This document shows, one piece after another, positions 1 to 11,275 of a DNA stretch of 64,000 bases (position 1 is its first letter; the number at the start of each line of letters is the position of its first letter). The notes beneath the pieces are model-generated. The model saw only the letters and a program-made list of their open reading frames with translations. It searched no databases and was not told the origin of the DNA. Position numbers and translations under genes: made by a program. The DNA is from an uncultured delta proteobacterium (GTDB lineage: Bacteria > Desulfobacterota > Binatia > UBA9968): assembly GCA_963745835.1 (NCBI GenBank), contig CAVUZH010000025.1, forward strand, positions 128,001 to 192,000, given 5' to 3'.

Positions 1-319
1 GCTAGCCGTCAACTCTCTCGCCTCAGTTTACGGTCGTGCGTCTGCGTTGGGGTAGGTGGCCAAGGCAACTGGTTGAAAGGCAAGCTCGGTGCCAAAAAAA
101 ACTCCGCCTAACATGGGAGCTTTACAAACCATCCGGGGTAAAGTCGTGACTTTACGGAACAAGCCGGTCAAGCACCATTGTTCGAAATCCGATTATTCGG
201 CTGTTTAGGCTTGAACAAGAACAGCTTTCGCAGGAACTCGTGTCAGTTGTCTTCGCTGGATCATTATAAATGCATCTATTACCGCGGCTTGAGTTCCACC
301 TTTATCCATTGAGGATTCC

Positions 320-1414
320 TTGTTGAAAGTTGCCAGCATAGTGGGTGCTCGACCGCAATTCATTAAGGCTGCCGCACTGACGCGAGTTGTGGCTAGCATC
401 CCGCGATTCGAGCACCTGCTCGTTCACACCGGCCAACATTACGACGAAACCATGTCCGAGATCTTTTTCGAGGAACTGGATATTCCAAAGCCGGATTATA
501 GTTTAGAAGTGGGTTCTGGAACTCATGGAGCTCAAACCGGCAAGATGCTGAGCGCCATCGAGGAGGTTCTCTTAAAAGTAGTGCCCGACATCGCGCTGGT
601 ATTTGGCGATACTAACTCGACGCTCGCCGGAGCGCTGGCTGCAGTGAAACTCCACATTCCGGTGGCGCATGTGGAAGCGGGGTTGCGCTCATTCAATCGC
701 CGCATGCCAGAGGAGATCAACCGAGTCTTGACCGATCATGCCTCAGATCTGCTGTTTGCTCCAACGGCCGCCAGTGTAGAAAATCTCACGAACGAAGGAC
801 TCGCGGCCGATCGAATCTTTGCCGTGGGTGATGTTATGTACGACGTTGCGCTTTATTACGGCGATAAGGCGGAGAGACGCAGCCGGATTCTGGAACAGCT
901 GTGTTTGAAGCCTAAGCAGTATGTCCTCGCCACCATTCACAGAGCGGAGAATACCGATGATGTCCAATGTCTCCGAAATATCTTTGAAGGTTTGGACTTG
1001 GTAGCCCAGGAAGTCAACGTGATTGTTCCACTCCACCCCCGTACGGGCCAGGTGGCTAAACACTTAGGATTAGCTTTTCAGCACGCTCGCGTAATCGAGC
1101 CGCTCGGGTATTTGGATATGGTCATGCTCGAGAAACAATCTCGTTTGATCGCTACGGATTCAGGAGGCGTGCAAAAAGAAGCTTTCTTTTACAATGTACC
1201 TTGTGTCACTTTGCGGAGCGAGACTGAATGGATCGAGTTGCTAGAGCTGGGATGGAACCGCCTGGTACCGCCGTTAGCGCCAGCGAAAATAGCGGAGGCA
1301 ATCTTGGAGAGCTTGGATCAATCCGGCGCTTCAGCTTCTCCTTATGGGAAAGGGAACGCAGCTCTTAAAATCGTCGACGTGATTACCGACCGGTCTGAGT
1401 TTCGCGCGCAATAA
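320..1414 (+). CDS. wecB: Non-hydrolysing UDP-GlcNAc 2-epimerase family (WecB/WbpI-like; possibly UDP-GlcNAc(3NAc)A 2-epimerase)
   Basis: GARPQFIK, HTGQHYD, GDTNSTLAG, HVEAGLRS, MPEEINR, TDSGGVQKEA motifs; GAGGA before the TTG start. Confidence 0.93.
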   Translation: MLKVASIVGARPQFIKAAALTRVVASIPRFEHLLVHTGQHYDETMSEIFFEELDIPKPDYSLEVGSGTHGAQTGKMLSAIEEVLLKVVPDIALVFGDTNSTLAGALAAVKLHIPVAHVEAGLRSFNRRMPEEINRVLTDHASDLLFAPTAASVENLTNEGLAADRIFAVGDVMYDVALYYGDKAERRSRILEQLCLKPKQYVLATIHRAENTDDVQCLRNIFEGLDLVAQEVNVIVPLHPRTGQVAKHLGLAFQHARVIEPLGYLDMVMLEKQSRLIATDSGGVQKEAFFYNVPCVTLRSETEWIELLELGWNRLVPPLAPAKIAEAILESLDQSGASASPYGKGNAALKIVDVITDRSEFRAQ

Positions 1415-1434
1415 GCGCGTCCCGGAAATCCATC

Positions 1435-2683
1435 GTGCATATCTTGATTTTGACTCAGTACTATCCACCAGAGACGGGAGCTCCGCAAAACAGACTCTCC
1501 GACCTAGCCCGACGGCTGACGAATTCGGGCCATGATCTCACCGTTTTGACGGCGATGCCGAACTATCCCGGGGGCGAGATCTTCAAAGAGTACCGAAATC
1601 GTTTTCTCGTCAAAGATAAACATGCCGGCATCAAGGTTATTCGCACCTGGATATATGCAACAAAGAAGAAAACCTTCGTCCCACGCCTACTAAACTATTT
1701 CTCGTTTGTTGTTTCTTCCCTTGCATTAGGCATATGGAAGATTGGTTCACCGGACTTCGTGATCGTGGAATCGCCGCCACTATTTCTTGGCATCTCCGGG
1801 TTTCTGCTGAGCGCTTCTAAGAACGCGAAGCTGGTGTTGAACGTGTCCGACTTATGGCCTGATTCAGCTGTCGCTATGGGCGTTCTCAGTAATAACGTGC
1901 TTATCCGAGCATCGAGGGAGCTCGAGGAGTTCTTATATAGACGCTCGGCTCTGATCACCGGCCAGACACGCGGGATCGTCGATAACATTCAATCGCGATT
2001 TCCTAATAAAGAGGTAGCTCTCATCACCAATGGCGTTGATGTTGCCGCATTTCTGGATGCCTCGATCTCCGCTCAAAGGACGAAAATAAGGCGAGAATTC
2101 GCGCTAGAAGGTAAGTTCGTCATCGGCTATGCCGGGCTGCACGGCTTGGCGCAAGGTTTGGACACAGTCATTCACGCTGCTCGCTTGCTGGTTGATCATC
2201 AGGACGTGCTATTTGCTTTTTTTGGAGACGGCCCGGAAAAGGAAAAGCTTGTACAACAGGTCGATCAATATCGGGTTGAAAAACGTCCGCTTTTATTCGT
2301 CACAGCCGAGCGGGCGTATGCCGGCAGTGGTTGGATCGTTCGACCTCGCTTTAATCCCGTTGAAACGGCTAGAACTTTTCAAAGGAGCTTTGCCTTCCAA
2401 GATGTTTGAAGCAATGGCTGCTGCCGTACCCCTTCTCGCCAGCATCGAGGGTGAGGCGCGCGAACTCGTAGAGAAAGCGCAGGCTGGGCTGTGTATAGAA
2501 CCCGAGAATTTTCAAGCTATGGCGGATGCAATTTTGAAATTATACCAAGATCCACAACTCCTAAAGAGTTTTGGGCGTAACGGCCAGCAATACGTTATCG
2601 AGCACTTCGACAGACAAAAGATTGCTGATCGGTTCGAACGACTTCTTATGCATGACTATCGTGCTGAAATGGCATCTGCTTGA
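1435..2683 (+). CDS. Glycosyltransferase family 4 (WbuB-like), split by one frameshift near 2255-2262
   Basis: ILILTQYYPPETGA, RLLNYFSF, NVSDLWPDS, YAGLHGLAQGL in ORF 1435-2409; PSKMFEAMAA C-terminal GT-B motif in ORF 2129-2683. Frames join as EKEKLVQ/RSINIGLKNVRF. Confidence 0.88.
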
Positions 2684-2995
2684 GCAGTTACATAGCCGAG
2701 ATGAAGAATCTTGCCGCCGCGAGGAGCTTTTGTGTTAAGAATCTCATCCGCAATATGCATCACGCGGCGTCCTTTCTTCTGAAGTCAGTTCTTTCCGCTG
2801 TTGGAGTTAACTCGACCCACCTATCCGAAAAGCGGTCTTACGTGTTCGGGTTGCCCGAAACTCAGGGGAAGCACAGCGCACGTCGTGGATGAGATCAGGG
2901 TTTTCTCGTACATTGCTCCCTTAATTGCCTTCGGGATCGGATCCGCTGAGTCGCTAGCCTATCCGTAAGACCCATCAGCAAGTGGCACTCAAACT

Positions 2996-4009
2996 ATGAA
3001 GTCAGTTCAGATCTATCCACCGTTCGACACGCTTTATTATTCTTTTTATGTTAGAGCCGTGCAAGAATATTTCGGCGAATCAAATATTGAATTTTCGTAC
3101 AAGAACTTTCCTCCTCTCCCATCGGACTATTTTGGGTTCATCATCAAAGGTAAGGAAAAGCTACGGGTTGTAATCGATGCCTATGATGGAGCAACCATTA
3201 ATGATAGAGGCGCGCTTGAATGGTCTGATGTGTTTGGAAAAGTAAACTTAAATCTCTCTTCGATTCCAACCGATTCGGCGCGCAAGTGTGTTGCCATAGG
3301 ACCGAGTTTCCCGATTCAGCTGTGGCCTCTTTTTAAATCCTTTCGGAATTCAGTCAAACATTACCGACCTTGGGCGAGGACCAAATCCGCTCGCGAGCAC
3401 TTCGCTAATTACTTAAGACAATATAGAGACCGTCTTCCTCTGTCGCACTTCGTTCCCGGCAGGGTAAAAGACGACTTCATATTTTTCTCTTCATCGATTT
3501 GGAGGGAAGAGGAAGCGCCGGGCACGAATCAATGTCGGGCGCACTTTATGGAAGTGTGCAAATCACTGAACGGCATAACGTTTGAAGGCGGCTTCAGCCC
3601 TCCGCAATACCCGGGATATGAGGAACGGTACAGGACACACCTCGTCGCAAATCGGTATCCCTTTCCCGAATGGCTGGAAAAGATCAAAGCGTCCACGGTC
3701 GTTTTCAATACTCCGGCGGTATGGCGGAGCCACACTTTCAAATTGGCTGAATATCTGGCGCTTGGTAAAGCAATCATTTCCGCTCCGATTTTGAGAGAGT
3801 TACCGGCACCGCTTGTTCACGGCCAGCACGTACATTACGTCGATGGCTCGGTTGAGAGTATACGGGATGCCGTCAGGTTAATCGTCAACGATCGCAACTA
3901 CAGAATGCACCTAGAGAGGTACGCCTATGAGTATTATATAAGCCATCTACAGCCGATCAAAGTTATTGAACGTCTGTTGAATCATCGAAATCGGACGGCT
4001 CTTACGTAA
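2996..4009 (+). CDS. Putative glycosyltransferase (GT-B C-terminal lobe-like) or glycan-locus hypothetical protein
   Basis: 337-aa ORF; C-terminal FKLAEYLALGKAIIS ... LVHGQHVHYV resembles a GT-B nucleotide-binding lobe. Confidence 0.6.
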   Translation: MKSVQIYPPFDTLYYSFYVRAVQEYFGESNIEFSYKNFPPLPSDYFGFIIKGKEKLRVVIDAYDGATINDRGALEWSDVFGKVNLNLSSIPTDSARKCVAIGPSFPIQLWPLFKSFRNSVKHYRPWARTKSAREHFANYLRQYRDRLPLSHFVPGRVKDDFIFFSSSIWREEEAPGTNQCRAHFMEVCKSLNGITFEGGFSPPQYPGYEERYRTHLVANRYPFPEWLEKIKASTVVFNTPAVWRSHTFKLAEYLALGKAIISAPILRELPAPLVHGQHVHYVDGSVESIRDAVRLIVNDRNYRMHLERYAYEYYISHLQPIKVIERLLNHRNRTALT

Positions 4010-4033
4010 ACTTGACGAAGAATATACGATCAC

Positions 4034-4738
4034 ATGCTTGAGTCTACCAGGATCGAAGAATCTCGCATCCGCGCAGCGTACGCCAGGCGCGAAGACGGTG
4101 ATCGATACTCTCTATTTCAACCCGGTACTCTCTTCATCGCGCAACAGATTGAGCGGCGGATACTTTGGTCACTCAAGCGATACGGTTTCGCAGATCTATC
4201 ATCAAAAAAGATTCTTGAAGTGGGCTGCGGCAGCGGGCACTGGCTTCGTGAACTTACAACCTGGGGAGCACCACCGGAAAACGTGTGTGGCGTCGATCTG
4301 CTGCGGGATCGTCTCTCGAAGGCCAGAAGTTCGTGTTCGCCAGCTATTCGATTACAGTGCGGCAGCGCGGCCGAGCTGCCGTTTCCGGACGCGAGCTTTG
4401 ACCTAGTCCTTCAGTCGACGGTCTTTACGTCAATACTGGATCCTGATCTGAAATATCGCGCGGCGCAGGAGATGATGAGAGTGCTAACGCACGACGGAAT
4501 CATTTTGTGGTACGACTATCACGTCAACAATCCCTGGAACAGCGATGTCCGGGGCGTTAAAAGGTCCGAAATCGGGAGGCTGTTTCCCGGTTGCCGCATT
4601 GAACTTCAGCGCATGACCTTGCTTCCTCCATTAGCTCGTTGGCTGGCCCGGTATTCGATTGTGTCTTGTTATATACTCGAGAAACTTCCGCCACTTTGTA
4701 CTCATTATTTGGGCGTTATCCGAAAAGCTAGTTCCTGA
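4034..4738 (+). CDS. Class I SAM-dependent methyltransferase
   Basis: ILEVGCGSG motif I, GVDL, LPFPDASFDLV. Confidence 0.9.
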   Translation: MLESTRIEESRIRAAYARREDGDRYSLFQPGTLFIAQQIERRILWSLKRYGFADLSSKKILEVGCGSGHWLRELTTWGAPPENVCGVDLLRDRLSKARSSCSPAIRLQCGSAAELPFPDASFDLVLQSTVFTSILDPDLKYRAAQEMMRVLTHDGIILWYDYHVNNPWNSDVRGVKRSEIGRLFPGCRIELQRMTLLPPLARWLARYSIVSCYILEKLPPLCTHYLGVIRKASS

Positions 4739-4846
4739 GACGGTTCGTGTCTATCTCTCTCGAAAGATGCGGCTCCGCTTGATATTTGGATCGCGGCAAG
4801 CCCAATTGCCGGATCGTAGTAGTCTGAAACCGGCAGGGGCCTCCTT

Positions 4847-6433
4847 ATGATAGATGTGGAAAAAATGACAAACACTAACAAGATCGCCTGTATTGGGGCC
4901 GGGTATTGGGGCAAAAATCTCGTTCGGAACTTCAATGAACTAGGGGTCCTATCCTGGGTCTGCGATGCCGACCCGCACAGGCGAGCTCAGCTCGCCATGG
5001 AATATCCTGACGCGAGACTTACCGATGCAGTCGATCAGGTCCTTTCTGACCCGGACGTGGCCGGTGTAGCCATTGCCACACCGGCTGTCACACATGCGGA
5101 TTTGGTTCAACGAGCCCTGCTAGCCGGCAAAGATGTTTTTGTCGAAAAGCCTTTGTCCCTCTCGGTGGAGGAGGCCGAAAGGCTTGTGGCCGTAGCGTCG
5201 GAAAGACGCTTAATCCTGATGGTCGGGCATCTTCTCTGGTATCATCCTGCCGTGCTCAAGTTAAAACAACTGGTCGATGATGGCGACCTGGGACGAATCC
5301 GATATATCTATTCAAACCGGCTGAACCTCGGAAAGATTCGCCGTGAGGAAAATATTCTATGGTCGTTCGCTCCGCACGATATTTCGGTGATCCTGGGTCT
5401 GGTTGGAGAAATGCCTGATGCGGTAACCGCCCAGGGAGGCAACTACCTTCATGATCAGATTGCGGACGTTACTGTTAGCATGCTGTCCTTTCCCAGCGGC
5501 GTGAAGGCCCATATTTTCGTTTCATGGCTTCATCCATTTAAGGAGCAGAAGTTGATTGTCGTGGGAGATCGTCAGATGGCCGTTTTTGACGATGTTGCAC
5601 CCGAAAACAAGCTGGTTCTCTATCCCCACTCTATTACCTGGAAAAATCATTTGCCCATTTCCGCGAAAGCCAAAGCCGTAGTTGTGCCGGTGCAATCAAC
5701 AGAGCCTCTGAAGGAGGAATGCCTGCACTTCTTAGAGTGTATGGAAACGCGGCAGGTTCCTCGTACGGATGGCAATGAGGGAGTCCGCGTTCTTAGCATA
5801 TTGCAAAAAGGGCAGGCAGCCTTGCAACGCCAGATTTCGACTGCCGGGATTCCAGATCGACGACAATCTCGACATTTTGTTCACGAGTCAGCGTTTGTTG
5901 ACGATGAGGTCGAGATAGGCGAGGGAACAACCATATGGCATGTTTCACATATCCTGAAGAATTCGCGAATAGGCAGGGATTGTCGCATTGGCCAAAATGT
6001 TGTTATCGGCCCGAACGTAAACATCGGCAATGGAGTAAAGATTCAAAATAACGTTTCGGTGTACGAGGGTGTGACTCTCGAGGATGGGGTGTTTTGCGGC
6101 CCCTCGATGGTATTTACCAACGTATACAATCCGCGTAGCGATATCCGGCGCATGGATGAATTGCGTCCGACATTAGTGCGCCGCGGCGCTACTCTCGGCG
6201 CCAACTGCACCGTTGTTTGTGGGATCACGATCGGCGAGTATGCCTTCATCGGAGCCGGCACGGTCGTAACGCGGGATGTGCCCAACTTTGCTCTTGTGGT
6301 CGGCAATCCAGGGCGAATTGCCGGCTGGATGTGCGCCTGTGGCAACCGTATCGAATTCAACAGAGACGTTGGCTCATGTCGTGCCTGCCAAAAACATTAT
6401 TGCAAGATGGGGACGGAGGTGAGGGCAGCATGA
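4847..6433 (+). CDS. Fused Gfo/Idh/MocA oxidoreductase (WbpB/WlbA-like) + hexapeptide N-acetyltransferase (WbpD/WlbB-like)
   Basis: N-term [22 protein letters not shown]; C-term [32 protein letters not shown] and CxC/CxxC tail. One continuous 528-aa frame. Confidence 0.9.
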   Translation: MIDVEKMTNTNKIACIGAGYWGKNLVRNFNELGVLSWVCDADPHRRAQLAMEYPDARLTDAVDQVLSDPDVAGVAIATPAVTHADLVQRALLAGKDVFVEKPLSLSVEEAERLVAVASERRLILMVGHLLWYHPAVLKLKQLVDDGDLGRIRYIYSNRLNLGKIRREENILWSFAPHDISVILGLVGEMPDAVTAQGGNYLHDQIADVTVSMLSFPSGVKAHIFVSWLHPFKEQKLIVVGDRQMAVFDDVAPENKLVLYPHSITWKNHLPISAKAKAVVVPVQSTEPLKEECLHFLECMETRQVPRTDGNEGVRVLSILQKGQAALQRQISTAGIPDRRQSRHFVHESAFVDDEVEIGEGTTIWHVSHILKNSRIGRDCRIGQNVVIGPNVNIGNGVKIQNNVSVYEGVTLEDGVFCGPSMVFTNVYNPRSDIRRMDELRPTLVRRGATLGANCTVVCGITIGEYAFIGAGTVVTRDVPNFALVVGNPGRIAGWMCACGNRIEFNRDVGSCRACQKHYCKMGTEVRAA

Positions 6434-7545
6434 AGTCTATTCCCTTACTGGATTTACAGGCTCAGTATGCGACGATCCGCGGTGAACTCCGCGAGGCTAT
6501 TGATCGGGTCTGCGATTCGCAACATTTCATTCTCGGACCTGAGGTTGAAGCGCTAGAACAAGAAGTGGGTGCGTTTTGCCAGGCGCGGCATGCGATCGGC
6601 GTGTCCTCAGGGACCGATGCACTGCTCATCGCCTTGATGGCAATCGGAGTCGGTCCTGGCGACGAGGTCATCACAAGCTCCTTTTCTTTTTTTGCCACAG
6701 CCGGCGTGATTGCTCGTCTGGGCGCCCGCCCTGTGTTCGTCGATATTGACAGGCGCAACTTTAATTTTGACGCAACCGGACTCGAGTCGAAAATAACCGA
6801 GCGCTGCAAAGCGATTCTTCCTGTGCATCTTTTTGGCGCATGCGCCGAGATGGATTCTATTTTGGCCACTGCTCGCAAGCATGGAATTGCAGTCATCGAA
6901 GATGCCGCCCAAGCCATTGGAGCAAAGGACGGCCGCAATCGATCGGCTGGAACGATGGGCTCGCTAGGCTGTTTCTCTTTTTTCCCCAGTAAAAACTTGG
7001 GTGCGTTTGGCGATGCCGGCATGGTCGTCACCCAGGACGCCGAGTTAGCCGAAGCTGTTCGTGTGTTGCGTGTTCATGGTGGCAAGCCAAAATATCATCA
7101 CGGCGTTATCGGCGGAAATTTTAGGCTGGACGCATTGCAGGCGGCGGTGTTGCGCGTCAAGCTCAAGTACCTGGCTGGCTGGACCGAAGCGCGTCGGCGA
7201 AACGCAGCGCGCTATCGCAAGTACTTTTCCGACGCTGGTCTAGTCGAACGGATTGGCCTGCCAACGGAGCACGCCGGACACATCTACAACCAATTCGTAT
7301 TACGCTGTCCCAAGCGCGACCAGCTCCAGAAATACCTAAGCACGCAAGGCATCGGAACCGAAGTGTACTATCCGATTCCACTCCACCTTCAGAAATGCTT
7401 CGCTGATCTGGGCTACAAAACCGGTGATTTTTCTCATGCCGAGGAAGCTGCGCTGGAAGCTTTAGCATTACCCATCTATCCAGAACTTACGGAAGAACAG
7501 CAGCATTACATCGTCGGTGAGATCAAGGCCTTTTACGAGAACTGA
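6430..7545 (+). CDS. DegT/DnrJ/EryC1/StrS aminotransferase (WbpE/WlbC-like)
   Basis: [35 protein letters not shown] (PLP Lys), [10 protein letters not shown]; ATG at 6430 overlaps the upstream stop (ATGA). Confidence 0.92.
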   Translation: MKSIPLLDLQAQYATIRGELREAIDRVCDSQHFILGPEVEALEQEVGAFCQARHAIGVSSGTDALLIALMAIGVGPGDEVITSSFSFFATAGVIARLGARPVFVDIDRRNFNFDATGLESKITERCKAILPVHLFGACAEMDSILATARKHGIAVIEDAAQAIGAKDGRNRSAGTMGSLGCFSFFPSKNLGAFGDAGMVVTQDAELAEAVRVLRVHGGKPKYHHGVIGGNFRLDALQAAVLRVKLKYLAGWTEARRRNAARYRKYFSDAGLVERIGLPTEHAGHIYNQFVLRCPKRDQLQKYLSTQGIGTEVYYPIPLHLQKCFADLGYKTGDFSHAEEAALEALALPIYPELTEEQQHYIVGEIKAFYEN

Positions 7546-7591
7546 GGGTGCATTTTTGCTAATCAAAGGGCTAGGCAGAGTGTTGTCGATA

Positions 7592-7795
7592 GAGACTGGT
7601 TTGACGGAACTCTGATCTATTATGCTCGCAACACCTGGTTTGACGTAATTTGGATCTATTATGCTTTGAACGGCGTGATAGACTGCGTACTTCTGGTTTT
7701 CTTTTCTTCTCTGTTTTTTTTTTTCTCTGCTTTAGTTTGATCGTATTCTCCTGTCTCACTCGCGAGACTGGTTTGACGGAACTCTGATCTATTAT
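7592..7795. repeat. Three direct copies of a ~30-bp dif/Xer-like motif
   Basis: GAGACTGGTTTGACGGAACTCTGATCTATTAT is identical at 7592-7623 and 7764-7795; variant CTGGTTTGACGTAATTTGGATCTATTATGC at 7635-7664; T11 tract at 7714-7724. Confidence 0.85.
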
Positions 7796-7912
7796 ACCGC
7801 CCCCAACACGGCTTGTTATATACTGAGATAACTTCCGCGGCTTTTTACTTATCTAATTTGGCATCATTGGCAAAGCCCAGCACAAAGACTGCGGCATTCG
7901 CATCCGGCGCGG

Positions 7913-8682
7913 GTGTTATCATCCTCACCGTCGGGAGAAGCTTTGGCTGAAGTCGCCATCACGGTCCCGTGCTACAACGAAGCTAATCGCTTGAAATGTG
8001 ACGCTTTCATCGATTTTGTTCGTGAGCATCACGATGTGATGTTTATTTTTGTCGACGATGGCAGCACCGACGATACCCCGCAGCTTTTGAAATCGATGTT
8101 TCAGAAGCGAAGCGAACAATATCCGGTTCATGAGTTTGGAAACCAATCTCGGGAAGGCCGAGGCGGTGCGACAAGGCACCTTGAGCGGCATCGCCGCAGG
8201 CGCCACATACGTCGGGTATTGGGATGCCGACTTGGCCACACCGTTGAATACAATCCTGGAATTTGTTGCTGAATTGAAGAAGAGCTCCGATTTACTCCTT
8301 GTCATGGGCGCCCGGGTTCAGTTATTGGGACGAACCATTGTTCGCAAGAAGTTACCGCCACTATTTGGGGCGAGTATTTGCAACCGTTGCATCTGTCGTT
8401 TTACGAATGCCGGTGTACGACACGCAATGCGGAGCAAAAATGTTCGTCTCGAGTGAACCCGTCGCGCTGGCTTTTCGGGATCCTTTTATTAGTCGATGGG
8501 TTTTCGATGTGGAAATACTTGCTCGACTGGTTCACAGAAGCAACTTGAATCCCCACATCGCAATTTGTGAATACCCACTCATGGAGTGGCATGATGTTAA
8601 GGGGAGCAAAATCAGGCTAAAAGACTTTTGGGTCGCGTTTTGGGATTTAGGCCGTATTCATTTTGCTTACAATCGATCTTGA
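7913..8682 (+). CDS. Glycosyltransferase family 2 (polyprenyl-phosphate glycosyltransferase-like), two frameshifts near 8108 and 8347
   Basis: VPCYNEA, VDDGSTD (frame 1); NLGKAEAVRQG, YWDADLATP (frame 2); RHYLGRVFAT, DTQCGAKMF, SRWVFDVEIL (frame 3). Confidence 0.85.
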
Positions 8683-8770
8683 TTGAATTAAGTGCCGGCA
8701 TTTGTTGGAATGATCTACAAGCCCGGCGACCTCGGACACGTTCCGATGAAACCGGGACTTGGAGGATTCG

Positions 8771-10621
8771 ATGGCAACTAATATTTTAGGAGTTTCCGCG
8801 TTTTATCACGACAGCGCGGCATGCTTGGTCCGCGACGGTGACATCGTCGCCGCCGCCCAGGAAGAGCGGTTTACGCGGAAAAAGTTCGATGCGGGTTTTC
8901 CGACCAACGCAGTCCGCTTCTGCCTTGACCAAGGTGGCATTACCATCGCGGATCTGAAGTACTTCGTTTTCTATGACAAGCCGCTAATCAAATTCGAACG
9001 GCTCCTGGAGACCTATGTGGCTTTCTCGCCCACAGGCATCAAATCGTTCTTAGCCGCGATGCCGGTCTGGCTAAAAGAAAAGATCCTGATGAAAAGGATG
9101 CTGCAAGATGAGCTAGTTTCGTTGAATGGCATCAAAAAACGCGCCGACCTCGCCCCGGTTCTCTTCGGCGAACATCACGAGTCCCATGCCGCCTCGGCTT
9201 TTTACCCCTCACCGTTTAAGTCCGCGGCAGTTCTATGCATGGACGGTGTTGGTGAATGGGCCACGACTTCCGCCTGGTTGGGCGAGGACAATAAACTTAC
9301 GCCTCTTTGGGAGATTCACTTTCCGCACTCCCTCGGACTACTTTATTCGGCATTTACCTATTACACCGGCTTCAGAGTCAATTCAGGCGAGTATAAAGTC
9401 ATGGGGTTGGCACCCTATGGCCAGCCCAAATACGTCAAAGCCATTTACGATAACCTGATCGATCTTAAAGACGACGGTACGTTCCGGCTAAAGATCGATT
9501 ATTTCAATTATTGCACCGGGCTGACGATGACAAACGGTAAGTTCGATCATCTGTTCGGTGGTCCCCCGCGTAAACCGGAGAGCAAGCTGACTCAACGCGA
9601 TATGGATCTCGCTCGCTCGATCCAGGAAGTCACCGAAGAAGTGATGCTCCGTCTCGTGAGAAGTTTGCATCGCGAGACCGGAGCCGAGAACCTCTGCCTC
9701 GCGGGTGGAGTCGCGCTGAACTGCGTTGGGAACGGCAGAATTCTTCGGGAAGGGCCGTTCAAGGGGCTGTGGATTCAACCTTCTGCCGGGGACGCAGGCG
9801 GGGCGATAGGCGCGGCTCTGACCGCGTGGCACCAATTGGAAAACCAACCGCGCCACATCGATGGGTCCAAGGACAGGATGCGCGGCAGCTTTTTGGGGCC
9901 ATCGTACACGAATGAAGAAATCGAAACTTTTCTCCGCAGCAAAGAAGTGCCTTATGAACGGCTGCATGATGACACGCTCTTTGATCGAGTGGCCAGAGAA
10001 TTGGCTCAGGGCAAGGTCGTCGGCTGGTTTCAAGGGGCGATGGAATTCGGCCCACGAGCGCTGGGAGGACGGAGCATACTGGGCGATGCGCGGGATCCCA
10101 AAATGCAGTCGGTGATGAACCTTAAAATTAAATTCCGCGAATCCTTCCGGCCGTTCGCCCCATCGGTTTTGCGCGAGCGGGTCTCGGATTACTTTGCGCT
10201 CGACACCGACAGCCCGTACATGCTGCTGGTGGCCCCGGTTGTCGAAAAGCGACGCATTGTACCAACCGAGGCCGAGCAGTCCCTCTGGGGCATCGATCTA
10301 CTTAACGTGCCAAAATCGGATATTCCGGCTGCTACCCACGTGGACTATTCCGCCCGCATTCAAACCGTGCACGAAGATACCAATCCACGCTATTACAAGC
10401 TGATCAAAGCGTTTGAGGCAAAAACCGGCTGCGGACTATTGGTAAATACCTCTTTCAATGTTCGCAGTGAGCCGATCGTCTGCGCGCCTGAAGATGCCTA
10501 CCGCTGCTTCATGCGCACAGCCATCGACATTCTGGTGCTGGAAAATTGTGTCTTGTACAAAGAGCAGCAAAAAGCTTTGGAGAACGATACCAACTGGCAA
10601 CAGGAATTTGAGCTGGATTAA
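8771..10621 (+). CDS. Carbamoyltransferase (CmcH/NodU/SxtI family)
   Basis: ILGVSAFYHDSAA, AQEERFTR, HHESHAASAF, DGVGE, GEYKVMGLAPYG, AGGVALNC, EFGPRALG, KFRESFRPFAP, NTSFN; GGAGG RBS before ATG 8771. Confidence 0.95.
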   Translation: MATNILGVSAFYHDSAACLVRDGDIVAAAQEERFTRKKFDAGFPTNAVRFCLDQGGITIADLKYFVFYDKPLIKFERLLETYVAFSPTGIKSFLAAMPVWLKEKILMKRMLQDELVSLNGIKKRADLAPVLFGEHHESHAASAFYPSPFKSAAVLCMDGVGEWATTSAWLGEDNKLTPLWEIHFPHSLGLLYSAFTYYTGFRVNSGEYKVMGLAPYGQPKYVKAIYDNLIDLKDDGTFRLKIDYFNYCTGLTMTNGKFDHLFGGPPRKPESKLTQRDMDLARSIQEVTEEVMLRLVRSLHRETGAENLCLAGGVALNCVGNGRILREGPFKGLWIQPSAGDAGGAIGAALTAWHQLENQPRHIDGSKDRMRGSFLGPSYTNEEIETFLRSKEVPYERLHDDTLFDRVARELAQGKVVGWFQGAMEFGPRALGGRSILGDARDPKMQSVMNLKIKFRESFRPFAPSVLRERVSDYFALDTDSPYMLLVAPVVEKRRIVPTEAEQSLWGIDLLNVPKSDIPAATHVDYSARIQTVHEDTNPRYYKLIKAFEAKTGCGLLVNTSFNVRSEPIVCAPEDAYRCFMRTAIDILVLENCVLYKEQQKALENDTNWQQEFELD

Positions 10622-10731
10622 ACCGATATCGACGTGATCTTGTCCGTGAACTTTAGCGAATCAACACGAACACGCTAGCACGAAATGAGTTAAAGTAGTC
10701 AAGCTGGCACAACACTCGTGAGGCAACGATC

Positions 10732-11127
10732 GTGAAAGAGGACATTACATCCAAGCAATTGCGTTCCTTCGGCTTCATGGTGGGCGGAATATTTGCCGCC
10801 ATAGGGGGCTGGCCGCTTGTTTTCCGTGCTGAGGATCCTCGATGGTGGGCGCTGGTTCTGGCCGCCTTTCTGATAGTTCCTGCGGCGATCTCTCCAGCGG
10901 TTTTGGCCTGGCCTCATAAGGGATGGATGTGGATCGGGCATGTCCTAGGCTGGATCAATACGAGAATTATTCTGGGTTTCGTCTTCTATCTAATCGTGAC
11001 GCCGACGGGGCTGTTTAGACGTTGGCTCGGGAAAGATCCCATGGGCCGAAAGTTAAGACCTGACCTCGACAGTTACCGGGTTACTCGCGAGCCTAGACCG
11101 GCATCGCATCTAAAAAAACAATTCTAA
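10732..11127 (+). CDS. SxtJ-family membrane protein
   Basis: LRSFG, WMWIGHVLGWIN.RIILG..FYLIVTP.G, GKDPM and QF terminus; follows the carbamoyltransferase. Confidence 0.85.
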   Translation: MKEDITSKQLRSFGFMVGGIFAAIGGWPLVFRAEDPRWWALVLAAFLIVPAAISPAVLAWPHKGWMWIGHVLGWINTRIILGFVFYLIVTPTGLFRRWLGKDPMGRKLRPDLDSYRVTREPRPASHLKKQF

Positions 11128-11275
11128 AAAACAGTTCGGCTGTGCTGTTGAACCGGCGCAGAAAATTGCTTGGATCATCTCTGCTCTGTGCATCCGTAGA
11201 TAGTTTCTCGTTTAAACGGTTGTTGCTGAACCAATCGTTCCCATCGTCTCGGTCGGCTAGAAATTTGGAGGTTCT

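Noticed and set aside
1-319. JUMPstart/ops element or riboswitch in the leader
   Set aside because: No GGCGGTAG ops core or recognisable riboswitch consensus.
2680-2892. 70-aa ORF after the GT4
   Set aside because: TTG start, no RBS or motif; treated as intergenic.
7592-7795. CRISPR array
   Set aside because: Only three copies with periods of 39 and 133 bp, no uniform spacers and no cas genes.
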